NCBI GenBank assembly: GCA_030141605.1
Contig: JAQGDQ010000192.1
Coordinates: 186,001 to 250,000, forward strand
Direction of reading: 5' to 3'
Origin: Tubiluchus corallicola
Taxonomy: Eukaryota; Animalia; Priapulida
Length of the DNA stretch: 64,000 nt
Shown: one piece after another, positions 1-14,190 of the stretch
Position numbering within the stretch: position 1 is the stretch's first letter
Layout: every line of letters begins with the position of its first letter
Program-made: the position numbers and the translations under genes
The notes under the pieces: generated by a model
Seen by the model: the letters and a program-made list of their open reading frames with translations, nothing else
Told to the model about the DNA's origin: nothing
Database searches by the model: none

Positions 1-928
1 AATGTTTGATTTTGATTTTTCACAGGTTCTGGAGGTTAATGTTATTTAAATGTTATTTTGGGCTTAATGGAGATTTTTATGATTAATAAAGGTTCTAGAA
101 AAACGCTTCTGTTATTTAGGTTTTTATGTCAAATATCTGATTTCCAAAAATAAAAAAGTTAGAAACGAATTTATTTAAAAAAAAGTAAAAGGGCGTGCCA
201 AAATTTTAGCTAGTATTTTGAAAAAGAATAGTTAATGAGACCAAAAAAGGCTATACAAAAATCATTATTGCAAAAAGAGACAACTGCAAACAAGTAGAAG
301 AGTGCGTGGCCAATTTACTATTCATATTAAAAACGAGGTGTTTTTATTAGAGGAATGTTTATACTAAAACCTCAAAACGAAAATTAAAAAAAATATTTAT
401 TTAAAGAAGCAAAATATGTAAAATAAATAAGACGTTCTTGTCTTCTAGTGTGATACACAACTATACATTTTCTGTCGATATTCCCGCAGCTTCCTTACAG
501 GTGGTTAATGAACTAATCGGCGTCTCTATTGACTTTCCTTACAGATGGTTACCTAAGTTGTATTTTCAGCGGTACAAAAATCATTTAATTGACAAGTTCT
601 TACAGTCGTTATTTGTAATTACGACCACGCGCTATGGGCCCTAAGTAGACTACGAACTAGATCCTGTAATACACAGGTAATTCACAGCATTGAGTTAACT
701 ACGCTGTGTTAAATTTGTGATTATGCACAATCGCGCCACTCTCCGTTTACACATTTTCTTTATAAATAGCGGCTCTAAAATAGTCCCCCACTCGAGAACT
801 TTTAAAATTGGCGAAATCTTGCCTAGTCCGAATCCATACATTTTTGTCTGTGTAGATAATGTATATATATATATATATCGAATTAATGTAATTATAACTT
901 TGATTAATTGCCAATGGTATAATATTGA

Positions 929-1160
929 TGTTACTAACATCTAATCAGAGGTGACTAACTGAGTGACCGTATATTCTTTCGTCATCTCTGCCCATATTTA
1001 TATGTATAATATGCACTAACTATAACTGTGACGATCTAGTCTAATTTTCGTTATTGTAAATGGGTGGTTCGTGACTTGAGTGTAACCGTTAGGCAAAGAA
1101 TAAAGCACTTAGTCGAAAACACCAAGAAAAAACCCACTAAATTAATTAAATAATGTAACA
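929..1160 (+). mobile_element. Candidate solo LTR (BEL/Pao- or Gypsy-like)
   Basis: 232 bp bounded by inverted termini TGTTAC...GTAACA, with internal AATAAA (~1099). Flanks ATTGA / ATTTA resemble a 5-bp TSD with one mismatch. No PBS follows. Confidence 0.45.
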
Positions 1161-1974
1161 ATTTAATGAACATCTCGAATACATTGTAAGGTAAATTAAG
1201 CCGGCTAAAATATAAAAACGAACAACGTAACGCTTTTTCACCAGTTCTGTCGCGGCATCACCAGGCGACTTTCTCCTGCCTCCATCCAGCGTCATTTCAC
1301 TGACTCCTCACTAGTGGGATTCATCGAGAAATGGTGCACTATAGAACGGTTGGTCACACTACTTCTTCATGCATCCGATTACGTGAACGACGTCTCTGAA
1401 CTTTGGCGACTCCTGATGATGTCCTTGTCTCCACTTATACATATGACGCCAAGACAGAGTAGCATTCGCACTCCTGTACTCGTCACAAGGTAAGGTTCAC
1501 CAATTTCGTAACCAGAGCGTGGAAGCACCAACGGTATTATCATCAACGTCGGATAAATACGGGTAAGTATCATCAGCAGCAAATATCATCGACAACTGAT
1601 AAGTATACTTTTTAACAAGTTACGTATCATCAGCGACATACAGCAACAGGTAAGTATGATTGCTGGCATACAGCTATCATCTATGTCGTAAGTATGTTGA
1701 CAGATTGCTGATCTGCAAGCAAGCACCGTAACTACTAAACCATCATTTTATGACACGAAAACGTCTGCTTAATTCGACAGCTTAGAACTCAACAGCCAAA
1801 TTTCGTCTACGTGGCTTCAATCACATGATATAGTAATGCATAAACAGTGACATTGAATGTACAGGTAAAATCTAATTTCAAAACTGCTAAGCCTCTAGTG
1901 TTATATCAAAAACAGTTTAACTACTATGAACTAGTTACAGAACCTGACCTGTAATGAGCCTGAGCGTCATAATA

Positions 1975-2250
1975 ACTATTACTATTACTATTACTATTAC
2001 TATTACTATTACTATTACTATTACTATTACTATTACTATTACTATTACTATTACTATTACTATTACTATTACTATTACTATTACTATTACTATTACTATT
2101 ACTATTACTATTACTATTACTATTACTATTACTATTACTATTACTATTACTATTACTATTACTATTACTATTACTATTACTATTACTATTACTATTACTA
2201 TTACTATTACTATTACTATTACTATTACTATTACTATTACTATTACTATT
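1975..2250. repeat. Perfect hexanucleotide microsatellite (ACTATT)46
   Basis: Directly visible; it produces the spurious poly-IT and poly-NS ORFs. Confidence 0.98.
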
Positions 2251-3131
2251 CCACAACAAATAAAAGAACGTGTCGCCAGTACCCCATCTTTGATAAGAGG
2301 AAGAATATATCGGCTTCATTACGGGGAAGAGTCAGTAAGCGAGGTGTTCTGAGACAAATCACAGCATATAGCACAGTTTAGCAGTTTGACAACAGTATCA
2401 TAGTTACTCACACTGCCCGGTTATCACATTGCTTTTTTAGAGTTTTCCATATTTGTCACGGTCGAATCACCGGGTTTGTTATAAAGTCTTTAACCACTAT
2501 TTCCTCCTGCAGGGCATCATAAGCGTCATTTATCGCTGGGTTTACCAGATTTACCCACTGCCAGCAAAGATCTCTGTCAGCCGACAAATTTTGACACACA
2601 AATGTAATTATTTTTATACTTTCAAAATGTCCTTGGTGAGTGATTGAGCTCGTTTGCCGTAATAAAGCCATTTTTGTTTATTAGTTCATGTATTATAAGC
2701 TTAATGAGTTACTTACGTTCGTCTGCAGACAAGTAGCTGAGATGGACAAATTTATTACAGTTACAATTTTGCGAAGTTATTGTTTGCCCAAAGGAGCTTA
2801 ATGTGTTGTTCTGACAGTAATCATCTCACTCCAAGTCATCTTTCATTTTCTTTATTTGGTAGTAACAAGGATCTCGTGTATTCTTAGATTCTAATTATGC
2901 AATTTGTGTCTCATTTTCATTGTGCTATTTTTACATTTTTGGGTTATTCGTTTGTGAAGTAACTTTATAAAGAGGTCTATTTCGTTGTGATAATGTCGTC
3001 ATTTTCGTTTTCGCTGCGGTTCGTTCAATAATTTGTTTTAGTTGCTAATATTGTGACGTCACAATACAGTTATTCGTATTCTGAATTTTTGAAGAAAAAA
3101 CTGAGACATGATAACGGTAAATGTGTCCTAA

Positions 3132-4092
3132 GGCACCGCGCAGACATTCAATTTTCAGGTGTGCATGTGAAATTAAGTCTGCAAATAACTAAAATCTATG
3201 AGAACGCGCCCAGATATAAGCAACTAAAAATGACTGTGCAATTAAAAATTGCAATCTGGGCTCAAACTTTGAGTTGCGCAACTGTTTTCTAATGTACTGT
3301 TTTCAAAGAGAGCGGGCTGACATGCAATTTTAATTGTGCAACTTTTAATCAAAACACACTGATCAAGCGTGAGAAAAAAGCAGTTATATGAAGAGGCGCA
3401 GTTAAACACACAAAGGAATGTATTCATGCACAATATAAATCATTATTATCATCTTTGCTACTAACTTTCAAAAAATTCAGTGACAAATTCAGAAAATGGA
3501 GATCAAAATACGATGCTTTGAAATGGAAAAGCCTACTGCGAACAACTCAGTGCGATAAGCATATTTCTACTGCTGGTTACTGTATCAGTGCCTGCAAGTC
3601 TTTAAGGGAATGTCGCAAGTTTTCCATTTTACTGGGAAAACTTTTTGGCACGCTGCAACCCTAACGCTAACAATGTGCACTACCTTAAAGTCACTGAGAG
3701 TCGCTCTTTTGCCGGAATGCTTTTTCTCTACCTAGTGTTCCTATAGGTGATGAATGGCCCATTAATACTCAACAGTTCATCAAAACTATTTGGACTCATC
3801 CGATAACAAAAAATACTTGGGTGAGCCCGCAAGATGTTATAGAGCATGTAAAATTGCCCTTTCAACAATAGCTGGCTAGTTATTAGGTGGGTCGAATATT
3901 TCTGGCGCCCCTTTGTCTTTTTGTGAATTAATAATGCACAAACACACACAAGCAACGTCTTCAAACTCCATATGTTCAGTTGCACAATTAAAATGTCTGT
4001 GCGCCCAATATTGGTACACCAGTGAGGTTGCTGCAATTTTCAGTTGTGCAAATTTTAGTTGTGCAATGAAAATTGCATGTCTGCGCCGGGCC
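3132..4092 (-). mobile_element. PIF/Harbinger DNA transposon, internally deleted
   Basis: TAA TSD on both sides (3129-3131, 4093-4095). TIRs GGCACCGCGCAGACATTCAATTTTCA / GGCCCGGCGCAGACATGCAATTTTCA, with subterminal TGCA(C)AATTAAAA repeats. A minus-strand remnant GQFYMLYNILRAHP..YRMSPNSFDELL..NTR*..SIPAKERLSVTLR (~3880-3686) matches the Harbinger transposase N-terminus. Confidence 0.85.
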
Positions 4093-6555
4093 TAAGTGAC
4101 ATATCCAGGTAGTTGGGCAGAAAATACTCAAACACTGAGTAATCTATTGTTTCACATTGAGGACTAGTTAGATCTCTCGAAGGCGTCATTCGAAAAGTTC
4201 AACCATTCGAGAATTTACTGTCAGAATGTGTTGTTGGTGAGGGAGACAATAGAAACTATAAGCTGTGTACGGGGACAATTAATCTTGTTTCACAATTTTA
4301 TTCGCATTGGGACTAAAGTTATATTTTGGAACTGGCTATCATTAGTTGATTATTTTCAATCAACGAAAATCACCATTCCATAACAATGGTGATCTTTGTA
4401 AAGATATCCACAGCGGACTCTATTATGCAAAGTGTAAGGCAAACTTAACACGGGCGTTTCAATTTACAAAACACATCATTCTGCTATCGACATAATTATT
4501 TGTCATTCTATTAAGTTCGATGAAGCGCAAAATTCTGACTGTATCAGTGAACGACATTCCAAAGTGAGACGCTTAAATTTTCAAAACTTTTGTGTACCAT
4601 TAGAATAAAGCTCGTAATTCCAATGTCTGTACTGCAGGGTACTTGCGGCAGTACTGCAACTTCGGTAGTCCTTTCTTTGAGCGTCAGCAAACGACTTTTT
4701 GCAGTTTTCAAGTTGTAGCGTCTCCACGCACTTTCTTACTCTCTTCGGGTTACCCATCTAAGCTGCACTTGTTGCGAATTTTATCTATGTTGTGCTTAAA
4801 CCGCCTAGAAAGTTATATTTACAGGTGGGCGAACAAACGACAACTAGTTAAACCACTTCGAGTCAAAAGCTCATCAGTTAGAGGACTACCGTGGGCAAAG
4901 AATCATACAAGATCGTGTCTTTTCAGGTAAATCTTTGACCAGCGGTCAATTGTCTGTTGGTTCTTTGACTTCGGGCCTTCAAATTGATGTTCTTTGACTA
5001 ATACCCTAACTAGTCTAGTGCCAGGCAACTGACATTGAAAAATTAGCTGTGCCATCAAGAAAAATATTTGTAGTACTTCATGCATCAGTTACAAGTTATG
5101 ACTATATGCTCCACTGTTTCAAAAAGCACACTACAGTCATAGCTATATAGATGCAACTGTATGGTACTGACATAAATCTTGTTGCAATTTAATGTTTAAC
5201 TGTAACGCGTCGCATTCGCTTTTTGTAGGGCGAATATTCAGTACGTGTCGTATGAAAAGAGTTCAAAGTGTGCTACTACACGTTTTGGTATGTACTTTTT
5301 TGTTGGTACAATGCATTATAAAACCACTAGACACCATGGAAATTAAAATCACATATCACAATAAAGGGAAACTTGCACAGGCCTACGTAGTATTATAAGT
5401 ACGCGTATCTAAATAGAACATGCTGTGAACATAATACGAACAAAGCGTGAACATTGTGTGAACATGGCTTTACAAAAACAAAAACTTACTATTAGGCTAC
5501 ATTTTTTTATTTTTGTAACAGGCTAAAGCTTGTAGTGTTAACGTAGATAAGTCAGTTTGAAATAAATGCACTTAAAATCATTGCGAAAAACAATTATTAT
5601 TATTAATTATTAAACAACAATTATAATTAAAAATTTCATCATTCACATTCTGCGTCCTTGTACACGAACTATGGAAACTGAGAAAAAAATCACCAACGTA
5701 AATGAGGAGGATCGGTCTAAGAAGAAGGATAAATCAACACCAATGTGAAAACAAAATGAATGCCTCACTAAAAAAAAACTAAAAAAGCGAATATTGGTTA
5801 AGAAATGCAAACTAAACCTTGGAATGAACTTAGCTCATAACACAAAATGTAAAAAATTATTTTCCTGATTTTATTAGCAATCGAGCTCAAGTGACATCTC
5901 AGAATGCAATTGCATAGAATACAGTTGAATCGGAAAAGAAACTGTCCACTAAAAAAGAACTACAACACAAGTACTAGACATCCCATTCTGGTGGACGCAA
6001 AACCTAGTAACTTTCTGTAATATTTTAACATTAAATGCAAACAATACAAGGGCAGTATCAAAAGTTATGCTACATTTTGGATTTGTATAAAAAACGCTTA
6101 CCGTGTGCAATTTCCTGCGCCAAGACACCTCTCTAAACGTGTCAGTATGAAGCTCTATTATGTAAAAATCCACAGTTTTCATCCAAGGATGATTGCCACA
6201 GTATAGATTTGATCCCTCGCCCTGATTAAGGGTGAGGCGGTGAAATATTTAGAATCGTTTTGCAAGATTTTCATTCAAAGCTTCAGTTACTTACGAAAAT
6301 GTTTAGCTTCATAAAGCTGTAATAACCTTTGGGAGTTACGGGAATGTAAATGTCTGGTTTGCGAATTGCAGGGAGAACTGTGTGGCGTTATGTTATATAA
6401 GTTTCGTTTAGTTGATAGAAGACTGAAAGTGCTGTTCTTTGCCCGTCCATCAGTTTATAATTGTATAATAGTTTGTAAAGTGACTGTAAAATGATTGGAA
6501 GTTTGTGAATTTAATAACTGAAAACAATGTCATTAAAAAGTATAGTTAAAAAGAA

Positions 6556-6704
<149 letters not shown>

Positions 6705-6995
6705 GGAGAATGAGAGAGGAGAGCATTTTGAATTTGCCGTATTTTAAAGTGCTAGAAAGAAAGTGTTTTATACTACCATGTGCCGTACAGCGAAGGTAAA
6801 CAATGCTATGGTAGCCAGTATTTTAAATAATGATGTATACTTGAATTCTTTAATATGAATCAAGTGGAGAAACAAGCTATTTGTATATTTTATTTAACTT
6901 TGCATTTATTGATGTGTAGTTTGTAGTTTTAATTTTTTATGTACTTGCATTTTATGCTGTATGGACGAGAAGTCTGAAATAAAGGTCTATCTGTG

Positions 6996-7030
<35 letters not shown>

Positions 7031-7960
7031 CTCATTATTAATTTTTTTATTTAAATGGATCAAATAACTAGCACTGAAGGCTTTAAAAGTTGTGCCCATG
7101 TTTGTAAGGTCACTATGTTTCTTTGTTAAATCGTATGTGGTGTTTTTTGTATTCTTATTTTGTAGCTTTATTTATGACGTTAATAAATTACGAATTACAG
7201 GTTATACGACGTATTAATTGTTTGCAGGCTTTACTGTATAGCATCCTACGGAGCACAAAGTGTTAAGAGGTAACTCTCACATCACTGTATGACACGTCTG
7301 TTGTACATTTACTACCTGCTCTAATGGCTTGACAACTGCTGTAAACACCTCCCAGAGACGGTCTTGTGCCAAAGAGAATTAACGGAATATCTATAAACAG
7401 GTAGTGCAGAAGTTACTTTTCCCACCGGTGTAATAACGATATTATAGCCTCAATAGTGCGTTTCGCTATCTTCACCTTTGGGTTTCTCAATCCTAAACGT
7501 GAGGAGAAAGAGGAGGAGGAGAAGGAGGAAGTGACTTTGTAAAAAATGTCGGTTTCCATTATTCATGTAAATCTCAAAAATGAAGTTCTTACAAATAGGC
7601 TAATATTCTGTTCTATAAGGCAGTTTAACACAAATTTAGTTTAGTTGTAAAAAATAAGCATTAAAAATTTTTGGTACACTATAAGAATACACTATACGCA
7701 AAGGATCTTTTTATCCAGTATCAACATAACAAGGACTGGCTGTGGAATAATACCTTGGTAGGAGTGACTCATTGGAGTACAAACTCAACGATCCTTGTAA
7801 TAAAGACAGTTAAAAGACCCGAAGAAGATGACAGGACGAAATTTTAATGAACATTAAAGGTGTGGCTAAAAAATTCAAACGCTAGGTCTTAGGTCCTGTA
7901 GCACCTTTGTCATCGTTTGTCATAGATTGCTTTTAGGGGAATGTTTTTTACAACATTTGT

Positions 7961-8150
7961 TTACCGTCGCTCATTTCGCAGATAATATTAGCACTAACGG
8001 CTGTTTAGCAACTTGCACTTACAACAATGGATGCGAGGACGCATCACACAAATAACAAGTAATATGTAAATGTCCTGGCATTGGCAGCCGTAGTTTCGAA
8101 CTCAAGACTGTGTGGTTGCAGCCTGCAATCTAAACCACTCGGCCACCCAT
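7961..8150 (-). mobile_element. tRNA-derived SINE, family A copy 1
   Basis: Minus-strand head GGGTGGCCGAGTGGTTTAG..GAGTTCGAAAC (A/B boxes). The body (CGTCGCTCATTT..TTAGCAACTT.CACTTACAA) is shared with 62871-63048. Confidence 0.75.
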
Positions 8151-8302
8151 CCCAGAGTAGAAATGTCATAAGTTCAGCGTATGCTTATTATGAGTTTCGT
8201 AAATACATTTTCACTATCTTATTTCTAGAACTGCTTCAGTCATTTAATTCAAATGTACAAAAACACTTGTCTCGTTTTTTTGGTCTTGACTAAGCACGCA
8301 GC

Positions 8303-9123
8303 CAGGGCGGATTAACGAATAAGCAGACTAAGCACATGCTTAGGGCACCAAGTCGCAGGGGGCACCAAGCTGACAAAAGGAAAAAAATTGAAAATAGATA
8401 AATTTTTTAATAAAGTATGTTAGTTAAAGACCATAAAAGTCTTTAAAATGTCAGGTAGTGATCTACAGGAGAATGAGTAATTTTTCGCTGTTGGCAATCA
8501 CCGCACTTTTTCTTGCAGCTGATTTATTCAATTAAAATTTCATTTTGAAGTCAACAAAGAATTTGTGCGGCATGCATTACAATGGGTTTGTTTTGTATAT
8601 AATTTGTATCACGTATTGTAACAAGCAATTTTACTTTGGAATTCTCTACCATTACAGGTTAAACAAATCAAGTCCCTATCAGCATTTAAAACAAAATTAA
8701 AATCACTAATATTAACCAGATATGAAATACCATCACACCAGTACGACAACATACACACTAATTCCGAATTCATATACCCACGGCCATATTAATTAAATCA
8801 TAGTTTTTTTTATATTTTTTTGTGTATAGTTGTAAATATGTTTGATTTTATTCGTCATTACTGCACAGTAGTTTAGATTGCACTGACGCATTTGCCTTCA
8901 GCAGTGTAAGTTTTTATTAACTAACACTGATTGATTATCTCTATAAAGTTTTTATCAGTGATTATCAATGTTTTTAATGGCAAATAAAGATTATTATATA
9001 TATATATATATACGTATGTTTTAAGGCGCGAAACGTGCACGCGGTGACGTACGGCAAAGTAGAAAGCTGGTGCATGAGGTGCAGAGTGTGTTTGGGCACC
9101 AACACATCTTTAATCCGGCCCTA
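8303..9123. mobile_element. Non-autonomous hAT element (MITE)
   Basis: TIRs CAGGGCGGATTAA / TTAATCCGGCCCTA with a perfect 8-bp TSD CACGCAGC (8295-8302, 9124-9131) and subterminal GGGCACCAA motifs. Confidence 0.88.
8625..9012 (+). mobile_element. 3' fragment of a CR1/L2-group LINE nested in the hAT element
   Basis: ORF2 C-terminal remnant AILLWNSLPLQVKQIKSLSAFKTKLKSL, then a UTR with a stem-loop, AATAAA and a (TA)n tail. Confidence 0.7.
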
Positions 9124-9362
9124 CACGCAGCAAAAAAGTTAATACCACATGAAAATAGGAGCTTGCCGTTGGTGACAAATCAGATTGTCATCGGTACTGG
9201 ATCGGAGAATAATGCTCAAACCTTGATAGCAGTAATTCTAGTATTGATCGACTATTTAGGTTCTAGATCTTCTAATCCAACGGCGATTTGAGTGCATATG
9301 TATGTTGCACTGGAACTAATACGTCTTTATACGATGTGTAATACAGGTTTTCTTAGTCAAAG

Positions 9363-9928
9363 AGAGCGTTCGTAACATCTAATCTGACACAGGTCATCCA
9401 AATATTTCTTGTGAAATAGGTGATCCAAATGCGATAATGCAATATTGCTTGTGAAATAGGTCATCGGAATGTGACAATTGGTCATCCAAATGTAGACAAT
9501 ACTCACTTCAGTTTCGTCATATCACATTAAATGTAACATGAATCATTCCAAATGTGACAAAAGATTCAGAATCGAAGAAAATATAGTTGTTAAGATTTTT
9601 TAAATTTGATAAATCCCGACGAGACGCTCAAATGTTTGCTAAATTTTTGTAAGCCAATGCTGCCGCTCGCTTTTTACAATGCAAAACTTACTCGAATATA
9701 ACTTGTAAATCATGTTAAACTATGACGGATCATGGATCACCCCGGTCTTATTTCCAAATATGTATACTCGTAATTTCAATACTGTTCAATTTGACAGACC
9801 TACGTCGCATTTTGGAAGATTAAGGTAACATTTCGTTGCACGCCGCAGAATAAGTATCATTGTTGTCACATTTGGATGACCTAGTCGCATTTGAATGACA
9901 AATGTCACTTTTGATGTTACAAGCACCC
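9363..9928. mobile_element. Fold-back type non-autonomous element with modular inverted arms
   Basis: Repeated GGTCATCCAAATG(T/C)GAC modules at left are mirrored by TTGTCACATTTGGATGACC at right; GTAACATC / GATGTTAC lie near the ends. No TSD seen. Confidence 0.55.
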
Positions 9929-10124
9929 ACATCTGAGTGGGGAAACTATAATACTAAGTTTACTGGTAACAACTAATGATATGTGACACAAGTGACATCA
10001 ATGATAACAATTTACGTAATGCAGAAAATTAATTGTACAATGGATACAACAGACACAGGTACAACAGGTGTGATAAATATTGAAATGAAACAATTGTATG
10101 TGTTAACAAGTGGTTTGCTAACAG

Positions 10125-10254
10125 GGAAGGAGTTTACAGTTCCTCACACAATTTAAATACCTAACCCGAACCCGAACCCGAACCAAAACCCTAACGCTAA
10201 CTGTAACCCTGATTCGCTTCATTCCTTGTGTGTAGGGAATTGTAAATTTTAGCT
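10125..10254. mobile_element. GG-terminated MITE with telomere-like core, copy 1
   Basis: GGAAGGAGTTTACAGTTCC..(CCCTAA/CCCGAA)n..GGGAATTGTAAATTTTAGC; homologous in opposite orientation to 53492-53591 and 63743-63892. Confidence 0.75.
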
Positions 10255-12092
10255 ACTATCTTCAACACTTGCATAAAAGCAGCACATTTAGAGATGAAAT
10301 AAAATATTATAAATTAATCGAGTACATCAGTTAGAAACTTCCTGACTACATTATGTATTATAGTTTTGTTTAGGTTCTATTAAATGCAGTATTCATTTAT
10401 ACTCGCTCTTTGATTTCTTTTACTAAGTCATGTCCTAAATACTTTGTAATTGCGTGGACGTCACAGATTAGTAGAATTTTTTATCCTCATCATTATAGGA
10501 CATGAAGGTGTACGATGGAAAACGCGAATTTCATTAAAGTTAAACGAAGTTTCACTGATATGATTGTATTTTCCACAATGTAGTTTAAAATGCTAAATGC
10601 TCGTCATATTTAATGTCTTAGTTGTTACAACGCTGGCATATTGTTTACCAATCGGAATTTTTGGACGTTGGTGGCGCCCTTTTCCAATGAGATTACGGTT
10701 ATGAGGTACAAGTATTTTAGTGAAGTTAATAAGTGAACAGGATTTCTAATGATTTTTAAGAATTTTTCATATCGATAAATGGATTTGAGCTTCTAATATG
10801 TTCTTAATTTATCATTTTCTCCTTTCTTCCCCTTTACCTGGATGTACAGTTTTCTTCAGCAAACCTCACAATTTAGTTCAAGTTCGAATTTTAAAAGTTT
10901 AAACGAAAACAAAATACCTTTTCACATCATACCCCATTGTGAAGTACGGAAAAAATATTTTAGAACCTATAATAATGCAAAATATTTCTGATAATTAAAT
11001 AATAGATTACTTGATTAATGGCGGGTGACCCCAACTGGTGATGACATTATAACTGAAAATAATTTTCAACAGCACAAACATTTCATGAGCGTGTTGTATG
11101 TGTTTGCGAAAGCGAAAATTGAAGTACAGTGCGACTGTACAGCATTCACATTTACGTGAATATATAATATATGTGATATATTTATGTGATGCTCGGCAAA
11201 TTTTAAGTTTAAAATCCAAATTTCAAGTTTACAAATTTGCTCACGCAAGAGCTCTCGAACGTCTGTTTTACGTCACAGTTGCACACCTTTGAACTAAGAG
11301 GTACAGCACCTGCTTTTTGGGTAACGCGTTTCCGAGATGAAGACACTAGTACCCATCTAAATTAGCGAGCGGCGAAATGCATGTAAATTCGAACTAGCCG
11401 CACAAAAGCGAAATGATGTTTCTGTGATAATAATTCTTTCACGTTAATCATTCTTGAAAAAATAGCATATGCCCTTTTAGTATATTATAGGGTAGAGAAA
11501 CAGTTCAAATTGTTGTTCACAAGTATCACATTTTCACGATAGCAGTGAGAAATTAAAGAATTTTTGGGCACATTTAATAGTCTAATCCAATGTTTTATCG
11601 CTTTAGTAATGATATTAAAGTATAGTAGGTGTAGCTTCGCTCCTTAAGGTACCATTAACACAATTTTCCCCGACGCCTAGGATTTATTTGCGGAATTTTA
11701 TGTTCAAAAGCTCCATTTTCAATAATCTATGTTTTCCATGTATATTACGTTATTTTTCTGCACTTTTTATTGTAAAAGGGCCATATACAATGAAATGCAC
11801 ATAACGAGTTCTGTTTTAATATTCTTTTAAAATTAGCAGTTGTCAATGTTTTTGACAGGCCAAAAACTATGTTTTGTTCATTTTGTTATCTAATTTGCTA
11901 GCTAAATGTCATAGTTATGAAAGAGGCATCACAGCAGCATTGCTAGATGAAATCAGAGTAGCACAGCTATGACATCGTAATTAATACTTTCTAGCCTTTG
12001 AAGTGACATTTAAAAAATATTTTCATGCCATGGCCACGACGTACTGTCTCCAATCTCAACAAATTGCACGCAACTTTATACATGCCGTTATA

Positions 12093-12400
12093 ATTTTAGC
12101 GCTGAGCATCTCATTATGCATTATAATAGTTCTGCTGTTTTATTAATTTGGAATTGTGAGTCACGAACATCAAGGTTTTTTATGTAACCGCTCATGATTT
12201 GATTTTTATCCGCGAGCATTGACTTGATTTTTTGTTTGGTCTTCTTCTTTGATCTCTTAGTGCATGTTGACTCACAAAGGCGGAAGGTTTGAAGACACAC
12301 ATGGTGTAGGGACATAGGCAATGGTATAGTGAACGGTGACCTCGGTCAAAAGGTGAAAAGCCAAAAGGACATCAGCCTGTTCGAGCCACATCATTGAATG
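12093..12400 (+). mobile_element. Helentron/HINE-like interspersed repeat (GGTCAAAGGTCA family), degenerate copy
   Basis: GTGAACGGTGACCTCGGTCAAAAGGT aligns with 31740-31930 and with the reverse complement of 55740-56035. Boundaries are approximate and the superfamily is inferred. Confidence 0.45.
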
Positions 12401-13933
12401 AATAAAAAGTATAGCACTATAGCGTCATGAACTTTGCAATATGAACAACTGGAGTGGGGGGGGGTTAAAAAACTACCGAGATAAGAGCCAAAGTGTGGAA
12501 ATTAGGGCAAACTGTTCAGTCACACACGAATAACCCGCACTAGGCTACACTGAGTCAAGGGATAATTAGTCAGCAGCATTTGTACACTGGTTACAATTTA
12601 CACCGTAGTAATCTACAGCTACTGACATGAATAAATAATACTTGATTAGGCGCAGTCACATGATAAACACGGTTATGCTCGCGGATTTGGATCTGAACTT
12701 ATTCAGTCTTGATATTAAGTCAAAATCACTATTTTATGGGCATACTTTCATGGTATTTCTATGAAGCCAATAGGTTATATAACTATAACTAACGCCTGGA
12801 TTATATAACTTGCTTAATATTGATTGTCCCTTTCTTTAATCCAAACTTGGCATTCCATCTAAACAAAATAAAAAAAATTGCACCTAAAAAGTAGCAAAAG
12901 GTCAATTTTACATCATTTAGAGTTATACGCTTCAGTGTCATAGTAATTAATACTTAATCTGCAATTTAACTAAGTAACAGATTTTTAAAGTAATTAAAGG
13001 ACACGAAGCATATGTCCTTGACCCCAAATCATAGGCAAATTGTGAACACATAACGACAATATCTTATTAACTCATTATGACACGCCTTAACTTAGCTAAA
13101 TTCAGTAGCTTAAAATCGCCGAGGTGGCCGAGCCAGACGACAAGAGGAGGCCAATATGCCAACTGTCCTGCCAAATATAGTTTAAAGATTTTACTACAAT
13201 TTGATCATAAATATTCGTAATTCTGTAAAATTATGATACTGAAAGAATAATATGAACTTGAAATTAAAACTTTGTAAATTGATTTGCGTGCGAAAGTGTT
13301 TCACATTTACGTTCGTTATAGACACATGATTTATTGTAGCTCACAATTGATTGCTCTAATGAGCGGCTACAAAACATTAATTAAACATTCAGTTGGATAT
13401 TTATTAGTTTTATGATAATGCGTTCGAGTCTTTAGCCGCTCAAGATACTTTGAAAATATAAGCAGCTGAAAAATGGCAATATTTGAAGTCATTTTTATCC
13501 TTGTAGAGTGCCATAATTAGGCATGAGATTAACGCGATTGATTTAGTACAAATACAATTGGTGTGGGCAAATTTTTATCGTGAGTTTTGAGCTGCTCAAT
13601 TGGGCGAAGGACTAGTAGTCCGAGGGTCAATGGACTAGGAAAATAGAAGTATAGACCCATATAATTGCGACGCAATCTGCTAGTCTGTCTAAGGAGAAAG
13701 ACCTCCTTATAAGCAGTCGTTTGCTTGTCAGTAGTGATGAAGACAAGGCTGCCTGACAGCCAGTATGTGTGACAGATTTCAACAGAACAGAGTACAAGCT
13801 TTCGTTCAGTCTCGGATATCGCGGGTTGTGTCCAATAAGTCAACTTGTCAATAGCTGATAACCGCAGTGTAAATGCGTATAGTGTGCCTTTCACGAACAT
13901 AAACACATCGTCATCACGTAGTTCTTCATTATT

Positions 13934-14190
<257 letters not shown>

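Noticed and set aside
1240-1582. Possible Gypsy integrase C-terminus (minus; PYLV..DVVHV)
   Set aside because: The motifs lie in different frames and are too weak to call without a search.
1924-2352. Poly-NS / poly-IT ORFs
   Set aside because: Translations of the (ACTATT)n microsatellite with no splice context or domain.
4850-4885. Minus-strand CTGATGAG..CGAAG hammerhead-like core
   Set aside because: No GAAA, no stem II pairing, and no stem I/III closure.
6190-6510. Possible Penelope GIY-YIG remnant plus CCTCGCCCT/AGGGTGAGG hairpin
   Set aside because: No diagnostic residues recoverable; a 9-bp hairpin alone is not informative.
11328-11356. Minus-strand TGGGT..GAAACGCGTT ACCCA resembling the 3' half of a minimal hammerhead
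   Set aside because: The CUGANGA core is replaced by CUAGUGU and no stem II forms.
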